Virus record (IMG/VR): IMGVR_UViG_3300007351_000003
Span: 4,022 to 68,021 of that record
DNA length: 64,000 bases
Strand: one strand, 5' to 3'
Source: a virus
Positions 20,046 through 30,146 of the stretch are shown here, in pieces (the stretch's first letter is position 1; every line of letters starts with the position of its first letter). The notes beneath the pieces were generated by a model. The model made no database searches. It was given only the letters and a program-made list of their open reading frames with translations, and was not told the DNA's origin. The translations under genes and the position numbers were made by a program.

Positions 20046-20462
20046 CTATTCCCCTTTAGTCACAATGTCAGATTGCTTTGACGACATATCGTGCGTTCGC
20101 CACCAATTAAACCCGCCAACAAGCAGTGCGGCAACTACTATTGCCGCTACGCCTGCCAGAAATCCCTTATAGCCCCTCACCCATTTCACGTCTGCGTGAT
20201 CTGATATTCGAGCATCTAAACCGTATGCACCGATTTCTGTTTTGATGGCAACCATGTCTTGTTCCACTTTATTGAGCCGAGGGTGTATGATATCGGCTTG
20301 ATCTTTTACGGCTTGCCGTATTTCCATGATTCTGTTGTCGAGGGCGTCGTAATGGCTCTGCATCAAGTCCTTGATATTATGTATGCCTTGCTCTTGCGAC
20401 CTGAGCATAGATGCTTCTACTTGTTTCGCAAAACATGAGACAGATCCGCATTCTGAAGCCAT
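20046..20462 (-). CDS. Membrane protein with coiled coil and C-terminal TM helix (holin-like candidate)
   Basis: FLAGVAAIVVAALLVGGF TM segment; function is inference. Confidence 0.55.
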   Translation of the reverse strand: MASECGSVSCFAKQVEASMLRSQEQGIHNIKDLMQSHYDALDNRIMEIRQAVKDQADIIHPRLNKVEQDMVAIKTEIGAYGLDARISDHADVKWVRGYKGFLAGVAAIVVAALLVGGFNWWRTHDMSSKQSDIVTKGE

Positions 20463-20486
20463 GCCATACCCCCTTACTGTAAAAAA

Positions 20487-21212
20487 TTAGCCGTTCTTCC
20501 TCAGAAGGATTGCAAATCCTCCTTCGGCAACCGTGTTGTTAGCCGTTGCGGTGAACTTGAGCTTTACGTCAGACTTCGCCGGGATCTCTTTGCCGAGGAT
20601 CGGCAAAGGCTGCGGCAGGTGCTCCTGGAAGAGGTACATATCCCGGTACTTGATGAAAGCCCCGCCGAATTCCCGAACGTCTAGCGTCATGGTGCCGTCA
20701 AACGCTTTCTGCGTGTTGCCGAACCAGTCGGTCAGGATCCCAATATAGCCGTCAGGGATTGAATAGAACCCCTGCTTTGCAATCCCGCTTGCGGCAATAA
20801 TTTTCGCCCTCACCTTGGCTGCGTCTCCGGGAACACCTGCAACGGGTACGAGGTCTTCATAGACATACACATCTCCGGCAGGGTTGGACGCGCTGGTGTT
20901 TTTCACCTCGTTTATCCTGATCCACGTGCCCGATATGGCCGTTTTCGTCTGCCCGACCAGGGTAACGGTAGTGGTTTGCACGTCCCAGTTTGCATCGAGC
21001 CCGGTGACTCTGATCACCATGTCGTCGGCATTGTTTGAGCTTGATATATAAAGTGCCGCAGCAGCAGCCATGAACGTATGATCGCCGCCGAAATCCCACA
21101 CGTCTTCGGTCCCTGTGTCAACATCCGGGTTGATGCCTATTATTTCCACCCGTGAATACTGAGAGTCCCGCCCGAGAGCAATATCAACCATTTTTTCCTG
21201 TAGCATGTTCAT
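20487..21212 (-). CDS. Conserved phage structural/hypothetical protein
   Basis: 241 aa; GINPDVDTGTEDVW motif; AGGAGG SD. Confidence 0.6.
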   Translation of the reverse strand: MNMLQEKMVDIALGRDSQYSRVEIIGINPDVDTGTEDVWDFGGDHTFMAAAAALYISSSNNADDMVIRVTGLDANWDVQTTTVTLVGQTKTAISGTWIRINEVKNTSASNPAGDVYVYEDLVPVAGVPGDAAKVRAKIIAASGIAKQGFYSIPDGYIGILTDWFGNTQKAFDGTMTLDVREFGGAFIKYRDMYLFQEHLPQPLPILGKEIPAKSDVKLKFTATANNTVAEGGFAILLRKNG

Positions 21213-21223
21213 GTCGTTTCCTC

Positions 21224-21451
21224 CTAAGAATTTCGCGATTCGATGAATTGTTTTTTCAGATACAGATACCCGAGGGATTCACCCTGCAGCCACCTGGATG
21301 TTACGTTTTCGATCGCCGCTCTGCTCTGCTTGAGCGAGTCAATCTCCATTGCGTCCAGCAGTTCAACGAGTTTTTGCCCATCCCCCCGGTTTGGAGAGTC
21401 AACCATGATCCGGGAGAGCAGTTTTCTCTGATCGTCCTTGAGTGTCATCAT
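21224..21451 (-). CDS. Small portal-adjacent protein
   Basis: 75 aa coupled to portal stop; RWLQGES motif. Confidence 0.55.
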   Translation of the reverse strand: MMTLKDDQRKLLSRIMVDSPNRGDGQKLVELLDAMEIDSLKQSRAAIENVTSRWLQGESLGYLYLKKQFIESRNS

Positions 21452-23649
21452 TATGCGGCTACCCCTTTCTTTTGCTGCATTGTAGAATAATCACGTCCTG
21501 CTACACGCTCACCAGATGGAGAAAGCGGCTGCATTGGTTTCATGGGGCGCTGCTCACCGCTCTGCGGCGTCATCTCGCCGTTTTCTCCGGTCAGTTGATC
21601 AATCTGTTCTTGTTCCTCGGGGAGGATTTTGTCACGGTCCAGCCCGGGGAGGCTTTTCATTGCATCCCTGAGCATGTGACGGCGCCCGGTCATGCCGATG
21701 ATTGCCATGTCGACAGGGTTATTTGTATTCCGGAGCATTTCATTCATGCGGATAATCGTCTGCTCACGCACGATCAGCGCAGATGATCCTTTTGCGACCG
21801 GCTTCATGTCCCCTGCGGGAGGCTCCGCAGAATCATCGTTATCCATGATGTAATAGGATTCGGCTTCAACCGAGGGTTCCGTCAGTCCGCGGTCAATGTG
21901 CTCAATCACAGCCTTAATACCCCTCGACGACTGCGACAGGAGCATGGATGTTGCCGAGGCTGTGTCTATGTTCGCCGGGGTTGATCCCCCGTGCGCGAAC
22001 TTTGGCACTCCGGAGTCAAAATCAGCGAGGTTCATGAGGAAATCGTAGAAATCGGCGAGAGGGCCGACTATCAGCTGTACTTGGTAGAACCGGAGGGCCG
22101 GCGCATTGGCCTGCATTTGGTTTGTCGTGACGTAGAACCGCTTGTACGGATGGAGCGGGCTTTTGTCCGGGCATCTTTCCTGGTCCTGTTCAATAATAGG
22201 ACCGGATGCCATGGCCGCATTGATGCCGCATGCCCGGAATACCGCGTTTGCCGTGACCTGATGCGCCCAGAGAACGTCGGGAATAGCCTGACCCCAGAAC
22301 TTGTCGGGATCTTCAATGAATGATGCCTTATAATAATTGATCTTTCCGTCTGCGTTCGGGTTGAGACGGGCCATAATGACATGATTGCCGATGAGGATGC
22401 AGTAAACGCGATACCATTTGTCGAGGTCGGTAATAATCTCACCGCTTTTATTCATCCCCCACTCGACCAGTATGCTGCCCGGCGCCGTGCCCCAGTAAAT
22501 GAGCGCGTCGACATTATCACCCATATACATCGTGTTCGTGGACTTGTTGTCCAGTGCGGCAACGCGGGAATCGATCGCCGTCCATTCCCGGAGGGCTCCA
22601 TTCCCAGCTTCGCGCAGTACCGCTCGGATCTCGTTGTCGTCAAACCCGTCTACTCCAAGCATTCCTTGCAGGTCCAGCGGGGAGTACTGAGTTTTTTCAA
22701 TCAGTCCGTCCTGACAACTTCTGGCTCCTACCAACGGATAAACGTTGATTGGGGAAACGCGCGAGAACTTCTCATGCACCACATTTTCAAATGCGAACTT
22801 ACGCTTCCCGGTTGCCGGATCGAACGGTCTGGTGCGCTTCACAACCATACGTTCTTCCGGTCCCTTGACGAAACAGGCCGGGAATGTCACGATATCATGG
22901 ATAATCTCACGGATAGCGTTATACCACCCTCCCTCTTTCAGTTTGTCGTCTACCTTGACTTCAAACTTTTCCGTTAATTCCTTGGCCATCTGGAGCGTTT
23001 GGCGGTGTATTTCGTCAACTTTGGCCTTGAGCGCAGCCGCAACTTGTTGGGCCACCAACTCTTCTACCTCGGCGTCCATGGCCTCGACGTCATAATTGCC
23101 CCGCGCCGTGTGCTTTTGGGCGACCATCTGGGCAACCTGACGGCCGAATGTCTGACGGACCTCTTGCTCGATCTGTTGTCCATATGCCATCTGGACCGTT
23201 TGTTCGATTTCTGGAGGGAGGTCGGGGTCCGGGGTGTTCTCAATGCCGAACGGTCGGGTACCGGCTTGGAAATATACGTCCATGATCCAGTCTTCCCCCG
23301 CACGGCACTTGGTTTCGATCACCGGCATGTACGGAGGCTCCCAGTCTTTCCCGTGCAGAATTGCGATTTCTGCCAGCTTCTTCGCATCGTACTCCAATGC
23401 TCTCGCCTGTTTTGCCCGGATCATCCGTTCTTCGATGCCAGAGGAAATTCGTTCCTGCTTGGCTCGATCGAATTGACCGCGGACAAACGACGCCAAACTG
23501 TTGATCAGGCCGGCATTGGTCTGAGGTGTCGGCACCGGGACGGGTGCTGCCTGAGCGTTTACGGCCGGCAACGTTGGGAGCGGTGCGCTCCCTGCCATCA
23601 CCGGGATGATTCCTTTCTGCATTTCTGCGGGAGATATTGGAGTTATCAT
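21451..23649 (-). CDS. Portal protein
   Basis: About 730 aa downstream of terL; FSRVSPINVYP, KFWGQAIPD, DFDSGVP motifs; ATG at 23649 preferred over the track start 23679. Confidence 0.85.
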   Translation of the reverse strand: MITPISPAEMQKGIIPVMAGSAPLPTLPAVNAQAAPVPVPTPQTNAGLINSLASFVRGQFDRAKQERISSGIEERMIRAKQARALEYDAKKLAEIAILHGKDWEPPYMPVIETKCRAGEDWIMDVYFQAGTRPFGIENTPDPDLPPEIEQTVQMAYGQQIEQEVRQTFGRQVAQMVAQKHTARGNYDVEAMDAEVEELVAQQVAAALKAKVDEIHRQTLQMAKELTEKFEVKVDDKLKEGGWYNAIREIIHDIVTFPACFVKGPEERMVVKRTRPFDPATGKRKFAFENVVHEKFSRVSPINVYPLVGARSCQDGLIEKTQYSPLDLQGMLGVDGFDDNEIRAVLREAGNGALREWTAIDSRVAALDNKSTNTMYMGDNVDALIYWGTAPGSILVEWGMNKSGEIITDLDKWYRVYCILIGNHVIMARLNPNADGKINYYKASFIEDPDKFWGQAIPDVLWAHQVTANAVFRACGINAAMASGPIIEQDQERCPDKSPLHPYKRFYVTTNQMQANAPALRFYQVQLIVGPLADFYDFLMNLADFDSGVPKFAHGGSTPANIDTASATSMLLSQSSRGIKAVIEHIDRGLTEPSVEAESYYIMDNDDSAEPPAGDMKPVAKGSSALIVREQTIIRMNEMLRNTNNPVDMAIIGMTGRRHMLRDAMKSLPGLDRDKILPEEQEQIDQLTGENGEMTPQSGEQRPMKPMQPLSPSGERVAGRDYSTMQQKKGVAA

Positions 23650-23669
23650 ATAGCCCTCAAGTACTTCAG

Positions 23670-23900
23670 TTAAACCCAAACGATATTTATTCCCAAAACG
23701 GTTGTAATGCCTGCCTCAAACTGCTCGCGAAAATGCCGTTTTGATAATTTGACATACCTTCCTGCGCGAGGCATGCCTTTGCTATCGGCGTGTTTTACCC
23801 GTGGTAACATAATTTCAACCAGCGGCATTACAAGACGCACTTTCTCGTCGATCTCGCAAAGGGTACGCTCTAAGATTTCCATCCGGTCAAGAGTTGTCAT
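23670..23900 (-). CDS. Small hypothetical protein
   Basis: 76 aa, ATGA-coupled. Confidence 0.55.
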   Translation of the reverse strand: MTTLDRMEILERTLCEIDEKVRLVMPLVEIMLPRVKHADSKGMPRAGRYVKLSKRHFREQFEAGITTVLGINIVWV

Positions 23901-24208
23901 GCGTTCCCCTCATACTTCATCTTGAAACGAATTCGTGCATGTTCCGCAACTAACTCTCTCCAATTTGCAGGCGGTTCTGGCATTTCGTGCTTTAAAGCAA
24001 AGTAACAGGATTCGCCGTTCTTGTGCGTTGCCAGTCCACGGGTACCGTAACCGAAAGTCTCGAGTCTGAACGTTTCTACATAAAACACTGTAAACTCTTC
24101 AGGCTTTTCCTCTCTCCACCCAAGGGCTGGGACAGTGGGAACAGTAACCGCAACGACTGCACCTATCATTGCTTTCAGGAAGCCACGTCTTGAAATGTCA
24201 TTCATCAT
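23897..24208 (-). CDS. Small protein with twin-arginine (Tat) signal
   Basis: MMNDISRRGFLKAMIGAVVAV; ATG 24208 with AAGGGG SD. Confidence 0.65.
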   Translation of the reverse strand: MMNDISRRGFLKAMIGAVVAVTVPTVPALGWREEKPEEFTVFYVETFRLETFGYGTRGLATHKNGESCYFALKHEMPEPPANWRELVAEHARIRFKMKYEGNA

Positions 24209-24666
24209 GCGTTCCCCTTGATATGTTTTGAGCTGATGACGATGTTCGACGTCTGCAGCGGTATCATCATCTGCGGCAGCAACTGCCCGTTCTTCATCTT
24301 CCGATCCGGGAACGATACCAGCGGCTGATACTCCGGTTTCTTTCTCGGATCCGGGTTGTGGAGCACTTTCATGATCCATGTGCCGGTCAGTTCCGGTTTC
24401 TTCCGAACGTTCACATGCAGGACCACGATGTTCATGAACTGCATGCGGCGCTTGAGGTCTTCCATGGGGAGGTTTAAGTCCCGGGCTCCGATCACCCCGC
24501 AGTGCTCCTCGAGGAATAACCTAACGTTGCCTTCTAAGTCCGCATGCGCCTTCGAAATCATCTTCTGCAACTTGGGACTGGCTAGGATGATCTGCTTCCC
24601 CTGCTCCCCGCGCAGTTCTTCGGGCAGGATCTCGACGCCGGTTAAAAGTCCGTTCTTGGCGGCCAT
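24205..24666 (-). CDS. Hypothetical protein
   Basis: 153 aa, stop overlaps next start. Confidence 0.6.
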   Translation of the reverse strand: MAAKNGLLTGVEILPEELRGEQGKQIILASPKLQKMISKAHADLEGNVRLFLEEHCGVIGARDLNLPMEDLKRRMQFMNIVVLHVNVRKKPELTGTWIMKVLHNPDPRKKPEYQPLVSFPDRKMKNGQLLPQMMIPLQTSNIVISSKHIKGNA

Positions 24667-24748
24667 GGCTATACCCCAATCCCAAACAGGCCCGTCGGTT
24701 TTCCGTTATTCATCGTTGTATTTGCTGTTAATGTGATCAAGAACTTTT

Positions 24749-25666
24749 TCATTGCGCCTTCCTTTCTGTGGAGGTCGACCCGGATGCTTTCTCTGCGCTC
24801 GGAGTGCATTCGGCACATTTCCCAACCGTCTCGTTTGTGCTGCATGAGCATGGTACCGGCTCTGTCTTTCGAATGATACTGGACGGATTGTCAAAGGGGT
24901 AATGCTTGAACGGTGTAGGGTCTTTAAATTCCATTGGCCGCCCCGGTTTCAAGTTCCCCAGATCGATCTTCGGAGCGCACCCTTGTTTTTCTCTGACTTG
25001 ATTACGAGCATACAGTGCCCGCTCGATTGCATATTTCGTTCGTTCTGCCGTTGATCTCCCTTGGTTACGCTCACATATTTTTTTGAATGTGGCATCCAGA
25101 TCTCCAAGTCCATCGTAATAATCTCGCAATTCCTTCTCGTGCTCTTCACGAATAATGTCATCAAGGATTGCAACTGTTTCGGTTGATATAATGTTTCCTT
25201 CTGTCGCTGTCGGTTGCGGCGCGCAGGACTTGCAGTAGTAGGGAGTGACGATACGCTCCTCTCTGGTGGGTTCAAACGTACCTGAAAGTGTCATAAATCC
25301 CGTCTTTTCCTCAATGAACGATTTACCCCTGACCGCCTTCTCTTGCTTCACCATGCAGCCGCAGGTGGCGCAGTCGATGGTATTGGTTGCGCCACTCTTA
25401 AATAATTCTTTTAGGAATTCAATCTCCTCTCTGGTCATCGGAGTCGGTTTCTCGGGAGTTGCAGCGCATGCGTCGGTAGCTGCACGTGCGAGGTTCGGAA
25501 TACCAGACATACTTTCTGCCACGTCGTGCAGCATGCTCACTGTTTTCGCAAAATACTTTGCGGCCTGCATATGCTGTATCCGCATGTACTGAATAAAATT
25601 AGTCGCCACTAACGTAGCCAGCAACACCCCCAATATCACGAGTACAACAATCGGTAATGTAATCAT
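24749..25666 (-). CDS. Membrane-anchored hypothetical protein with CxxC motifs
   Basis: N-terminal TM helix; CATC, CKSC, CAEC. Confidence 0.6.
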   Translation of the reverse strand: MITLPIVVLVILGVLLATLVATNFIQYMRIQHMQAAKYFAKTVSMLHDVAESMSGIPNLARAATDACAATPEKPTPMTREEIEFLKELFKSGATNTIDCATCGCMVKQEKAVRGKSFIEEKTGFMTLSGTFEPTREERIVTPYYCKSCAPQPTATEGNIISTETVAILDDIIREEHEKELRDYYDGLGDLDATFKKICERNQGRSTAERTKYAIERALYARNQVREKQGCAPKIDLGNLKPGRPMEFKDPTPFKHYPFDNPSSIIRKTEPVPCSCSTNETVGKCAECTPSAEKASGSTSTERKAQ

Positions 25667-25686
25667 CTCAACTTCCTTTCCGCGCG

Positions 25687-25854
25687 TCAGCGCACTCGGT
25701 ATCTTCCCAGGATTGTCTTTCTATAAAAATCTTCCAGCATCTTCCTTGATTTGATTTTTGGGTCCGGGTCAGGCGTTTTAATAAGCACTACTGCAACTGT
25801 GAATAACGTTGTTAGCGTTACTATAATGCACCATACTATTTCGAAAACATTCAT
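25687..25854 (-). CDS. Small membrane protein (55 aa, not in ORF track)
   Basis: Hand translation MNVFEIVWCIIVTLTTLFTVAVVLIK... Confidence 0.4.
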   Translation of the reverse strand: MNVFEIVWCIIVTLTTLFTVAVVLIKTPDPDPKIKSRKMLEDFYRKTILGRYRVR

Positions 25855-25867
25855 CTCTTATCCTTTC

Positions 25868-26200
25868 TCAGCGCACCGGCACCCCGGTATTGGTTTTTAC
25901 CTGCACGCAGCGGTCGTCCCAAATTTCATCAAACCGCATGCTTTTCTCGTTCGTGACCTCGAGATGCCCGATCCCCTGCTTGGACAGCCAGTCCTTGACA
26001 AACGGAACGGCATCAGGATTATCAGCGCGCGCCGTGAAAATAACGACCTCATGACCATGCTTGAGCCAGGCCTTAACTCTCCTGAGCATCCCCGGGACCG
26101 GAGCCCCGATGTGCTCAATGCCCATCCACCCGCCATATTTGGCGAGCGTACCGTCCAGGTCGACGGCATAAACTTTACGGTCTGAAAACAGGCTTTTCAT
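25868..26200 (-). CDS. HAD-superfamily phosphatase
   Basis: AVDLDGTLA motif I, IFTAR motif II, WDDR motif IV; ATGA overlap with terL stop. Confidence 0.8.
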   Translation of the reverse strand: MKSLFSDRKVYAVDLDGTLAKYGGWMGIEHIGAPVPGMLRRVKAWLKHGHEVVIFTARADNPDAVPFVKDWLSKQGIGHLEVTNEKSMRFDEIWDDRCVQVKTNTGVPVR

Positions 26201-27954
26201 ACCAGTGCTCCAGCCGGCACCGTCGGGCCCATCGTGCTCCCGGACATCACTGCCCTGATCACGCTGGGGAGAGGTAGCCGCTTCCGAACCCACTGCCCGA
26301 TCGCGTAGGATATCACCCGGTCGTCGAAACAACCGGACTCGGCGCCTATCGTCCCGTCATCGTTGTGCTTCATGGACATCATTTCCCAGTACGTTTCTGG
26401 GCAGACGATGCCCTCGGCACCCTGATTAAAAAGCTCTACTAGGCCGTCAATAACGAGTGACTTCGCGTCTCCGTACTTCCCGCCCTTAGTCACCCATCCA
26501 TAACGCTTAACGGGCATATGCGGAGGATTCGGCTGGGTTTCTGCGTAAATGTTCGGGTACGCCATCTCTACCAGCTTCCCGACCACGGCTGTACCATGAT
26601 TGTTTCTCTCGGGCACCAACCAGGCTGTGTTATACCTGTACCCCAGATGTGCGAGCAAAATACCGAATTGCACGGCGTCAATACGTCCATGCCATTGAGC
26701 AACCTGTTTCCCTGTCAGTTGTTCAATCACATCGGCGTTTGAAAAATCCGCATGCTTGCTGGTGATCATGATGCCTTCGGCAACGTCTGCGGAAATCAAA
26801 TAGGGCACCCCGGGCTTCGGTTCTTCCCACACCTGCAGCAGTTTATCGGTATCGCCGGCAAGCGGGTTCTTCGCTATGAACTGGCCGATAGAGGTTAAAC
26901 ACTCGTAATATGCAACGGGCTTTTTGCATGCCTTCCGCCGGTCGTCGGCTTTTTCTGCGTCTACAATCGGACGCCCAGAGGCAAGGAAAGCCTCTTTCGC
27001 ATTACTCGGATACTCCTGGCGGAAAATTCTTTCATCGCCGCGGCATTTGTTCTGGATCGCCCAGCGACGATATTGTAGATGGCAATCGTTGATGCCGTAT
27101 CTAACAACCATCTCCTGTTCATACGGCGTTCTGGTAAACCCGGGCTCGGGATCCATCTGGTATTTCGGGAACACGAACCACGGGATAAACACGCTCGAGA
27201 ATTCATTGTCTTTGTCGGCGTCGGGGTTGACTGTGCAGCGGAAGTCGGGGTTGCCGTCTCTGCCGATGAAAACCTCATACCGGTACCGGGCCGCCCAGTA
27301 GTTGTCGTGGAACTCGCCGCCGGTCCCGGCTGCGGTGCTTTCTCCGATGATCTCAGTGTCTGGCTCGTCAGGAACGCACTGAATAAGCGAAGTCAGCAGG
27401 GCTGAAACCGTGTGCTTCGGCCACTTGGCCAATTCGCTCAAATGCAGATAATGAATCAACTGGCCGGAACCGAGGTGTAGTTTCCCCGCCGTGCCCACGC
27501 GGATCGCGGAGTCGAGGCCGGTGCCTTCTTTGGTGTTGAATTCGAGGATTGATGTGTTATTGAATCGGGTCTTTGGTTTCAGAGGAGCATGGTCGTAATA
27601 CCGCTTGACCATGCCGAAAATAAAATCAGTGGCGTCCGGCTCGTGGGTCACATGCATTGCATACCGGTTTCGTGCGTGGGTTGTTTTGTGATAGAAGCAT
27701 CCCGTTGTGTCTGTAGATATTCCTTCGCGCCGGGCTTTCAATACCCACATGCGCAACAGCCTACCGTTATTAACAATGTCGCGCTTGATTTTGTGGAGAA
27801 CCAACTGGACGGGGTTGAAAGTAAAGTCAATCAGGTCGCCTTCTGGGGTCTGAATCTTCAGGTTGGCGGGCGCATACTTTTCGAAATCAAGTCCAACCTC
27901 GATCATTTCGTCGGTGATTTCGAATTTACTATGTTGAGTTTCGGTATCGATCAA
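26197..27954 (-). CDS. terL: Terminase large subunit
   Basis: LKARREGIST (Walker A), LHLSE (Walker B), GESTA motif C, ISADVAEG and FDDRVIS nuclease motifs. Confidence 0.93.
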   Translation of the reverse strand: MIDTETQHSKFEITDEMIEVGLDFEKYAPANLKIQTPEGDLIDFTFNPVQLVLHKIKRDIVNNGRLLRMWVLKARREGISTDTTGCFYHKTTHARNRYAMHVTHEPDATDFIFGMVKRYYDHAPLKPKTRFNNTSILEFNTKEGTGLDSAIRVGTAGKLHLGSGQLIHYLHLSELAKWPKHTVSALLTSLIQCVPDEPDTEIIGESTAAGTGGEFHDNYWAARYRYEVFIGRDGNPDFRCTVNPDADKDNEFSSVFIPWFVFPKYQMDPEPGFTRTPYEQEMVVRYGINDCHLQYRRWAIQNKCRGDERIFRQEYPSNAKEAFLASGRPIVDAEKADDRRKACKKPVAYYECLTSIGQFIAKNPLAGDTDKLLQVWEEPKPGVPYLISADVAEGIMITSKHADFSNADVIEQLTGKQVAQWHGRIDAVQFGILLAHLGYRYNTAWLVPERNNHGTAVVGKLVEMAYPNIYAETQPNPPHMPVKRYGWVTKGGKYGDAKSLVIDGLVELFNQGAEGIVCPETYWEMMSMKHNDDGTIGAESGCFDDRVISYAIGQWVRKRLPLPSVIRAVMSGSTMGPTVPAGALV

Positions 27955-28535
27955 CTCTTTTTCCCCTGTGACTCTTTCCGCTTTTGCTCCAGCCGGTCGA
28001 TGTACGCTGAGAAAGGATCCTCGACTACCACGGTGGAACGATAAATCCCCAGACGCTTGCCTTTCATGTCTAGGGCTTTCAGTTTGTCATAAACCTTCAG
28101 GTTGGTGACTTTGATGAGCGGCTTACTGCCATTACCCCCGCCGACCTGCGTATGCTCAATTTCGTGAATTATGGCCAGTTGCTCGTCAGTAAGCTCGCTG
28201 ATGTCTTTGAGAGTTCCATCGGGCTTATAGAAATCATGATGCCCGCGGTAGAAAGCGATCATGTCAATTTCTCGGTCCCAATCTTCCGCAGTTTTAATGG
28301 CCTTATTTTCCACTTTGGCCATAAGCTCTTGAATTCGCTTCTGAACCTTTGCTAAAGCTAACCATTTGGCTGCGACCACATCTGGGTTTTTAGCCTTACT
28401 CCCCGCCCGCCTTGCGGCCTCGGCGCCTTTCCCCTTCATGCCGCCCAACTCCACGTATTTAAAGCAGAAAAACTCTTGAGCCTGAGTTAGTTTGTCACGC
28501 TTGGGGGTCTTCCTTTTCTCCCTAGCTTTTGCCAT
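27951..28535 (-). CDS. terS: Terminase small subunit
   Basis: LTQAQEFFC...AEAARRAG HTH; KVYDKLKALDMKGKRLG; directly upstream of terL. Confidence 0.85.
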   Translation of the reverse strand: MAKAREKRKTPKRDKLTQAQEFFCFKYVELGGMKGKGAEAARRAGSKAKNPDVVAAKWLALAKVQKRIQELMAKVENKAIKTAEDWDREIDMIAFYRGHHDFYKPDGTLKDISELTDEQLAIIHEIEHTQVGGGNGSKPLIKVTNLKVYDKLKALDMKGKRLGIYRSTVVVEDPFSAYIDRLEQKRKESQGKKS

Positions 28536-28558
28536 AACCTATTGCGTTCCTTTCGCCC

Positions 28559-28765
28559 TCAACCCCAACCCCTGCCCAGGTATTCCGGTTTTTCCGTAAA
28601 CATTCGCGGCTCGTAAACAGGTACCTGTATGTCTGCAAGTGCCTGTATATCTTTCTTGAATTCACTGACCATATAAAGAGATCGCTCGATGATCCCTCGC
28701 AGTTCTATTGCCCTGCTTCTCCGTTTCCGGGTCTTTACCCGTCTGATGTTTAACTGGTTACTCAC
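28559..28765 (-). CDS. Small hypothetical protein
   Basis: 68 aa, coupled to upstream ORF. Confidence 0.45.
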   Translation of the reverse strand: MSNQLNIRRVKTRKRRSRAIELRGIIERSLYMVSEFKKDIQALADIQVPVYEPRMFTEKPEYLGRGWG

Positions 28766-28962
28766 GCCTTCCGTCCCCTTGCCCCCACATGCTTCACGCT
28801 ACCTTCTGCTGGAATTTGCCGTAGCAACCGCTTTGCCTGCATCAGTCCTGAAATAAATCCCTTCCTCCAACTCTCGGATTTGGTAGGTGCCATATTCTTA
28901 TTTGCTCGGCACCACTCTATTTCATCCTGCAGCACCCGTTTGGCGTTTTTTTTATTGATCAT
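28762..28962 (-). CDS. Small hypothetical protein
   Basis: 66 aa with AAAGGTG SD. Confidence 0.45.
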   Translation of the reverse strand: MINKKNAKRVLQDEIEWCRANKNMAPTKSESWRKGFISGLMQAKRLLRQIPAEGSVKHVGARGRKA

Positions 28963-29127
28963 CAGTACCCCACCTTTCCCGGAATATTTCCCGCCTCCTC
29001 TGCCTTCGTTCTTTCCGGTGAGTGAGATGCTTTCCGTATCTTCCCCAGGACCATGCTCCCCTGAGTCTGCGGCTCCAATACTCCCGGCCTAGATGACCTG
29101 CCCGCTCTGCTCGTTCGCCGTGTGTCA

Positions 29128-29478
29128 TTACGGGCTGTTTCTTCGGCTGCGGATATATGCCTTCCTTGCTCCGCCCATCAGCCCCTGTTTAACCGCTTGC
29201 TCTCTGACTAATGACATCCATCCCCTGTGAGTTCTCAGACCATTAAGGTTATGGGCCGCCCATCGCGGCAAAACTGCCCAGAGATCCTTTATTTCAATTC
29301 TGCATGTGATAGTGGATATCTCTGGCCCGCTGACCATGATTGATTCACGATGTGTTCGGTCGATCTCGTCCGCTGTCATGATGACCATTGGAATATGCCC
29401 GGAGGCGATTTCTTCGAGGTATTGCCGGTCTATAGCATCACGCAGTCCTTGGGCTGCTGCATCAATTGCCTTGGCCAT
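29128..29478 (-). CDS. Hypothetical protein
   Basis: 116 aa ORF at the head of the late operon. Confidence 0.5.
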   Translation of the reverse strand: MAKAIDAAAQGLRDAIDRQYLEEIASGHIPMVIMTADEIDRTHRESIMVSGPEISTITCRIEIKDLWAVLPRWAAHNLNGLRTHRGWMSLVREQAVKQGLMGGARKAYIRSRRNSP

Positions 29479-29781
29479 CTAAGGGCTGAGGTAGATGATC
29501 TCTGCCATAGAAAGACAACACCTCTCCTGTTGGATCGGTGATACGTGAAATCAAGATGTTACGTTACGCCGATTGTGATAAAACCCTTTCGCACTGCTTC
29601 CGCGTCTCTTCGTCCAGCGGCTGCGCAGTACGCAGGATTTGTAGGGCGTGCTCCCTGCTCTCTATTTGCTCCGTGCGGTCCATAACTTATGAATAAATTC
29701 ATTGAATAATTCCTCAAAACGGACCTTGTGCAACATATCTATACAGCCTCTATTATTTCATATACTTTGGAAAAACGTGAG

Positions 29782-29826
29782 TGGAATCACTGGAATATGT
29801 GGAATATTTGGAATACGTGGAATAAA
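29782..29826. repeat. Five tandem 9-bp repeats TGGAATnnn
   Basis: tggaatcac tggaatatg tggaatatt tggaatacg tggaataaa in the intergenic region upstream of late genes. Confidence 0.9.
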
Positions 29827-29883
29827 AACAGGCGTAATTACCCGTTTTAGTGGGTGGGTGTCTTGCTGGTGAGAATAATGTTG

Positions 29884-30069
29884 TCACGCATAAGGCTTGC
29901 CGTACTTCTTTTCATACCGAGTGATGTTCAGTCTCCATTTGCCGCCTGGGGTTTTACGGAAAATTTCTTTGTCGGAGATCCGATCAAGGAATTTCCGCTT
30001 CGCTACTTTGAAACAGCATTCGAAATACTTTTCAATTGGATCATTCCCGGTACGGATATCTTCTGCCAC
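29884..30069 (-). CDS. Small winged-HTH-like DNA-binding protein (candidate late regulator)
   Basis: 61 aa; FRKTPGGKWRL wing; AAAGGGGGAG SD; function is inference. Confidence 0.5.
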   Translation of the reverse strand: MAEDIRTGNDPIEKYFECCFKVAKRKFLDRISDKEIFRKTPGGKWRLNITRYEKKYGKPYA

Positions 30070-30146
30070 ATTCTCCCCCTTTCAACTTAAGCCCGGGGAT
30101 TTCCACCCCGGGCTCTCGTAACAAATGATCCGGCCGTGGCCGGCGC

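Noticed and set aside
24669-24752. 27-aa coupled ORF MKKFLITLTANTTMNNGKPTGLFGIGV echoing the capsid leaders
   Set aside because: Shares MKKF and LFG but has no hydrophobic core and is out of frame with the next gene; probably coincidental
114-29092. Plus-strand ORFs opposite the structural genes
   Set aside because: Antisense shadows of long minus-strand genes, with no recognisable motifs or SDs
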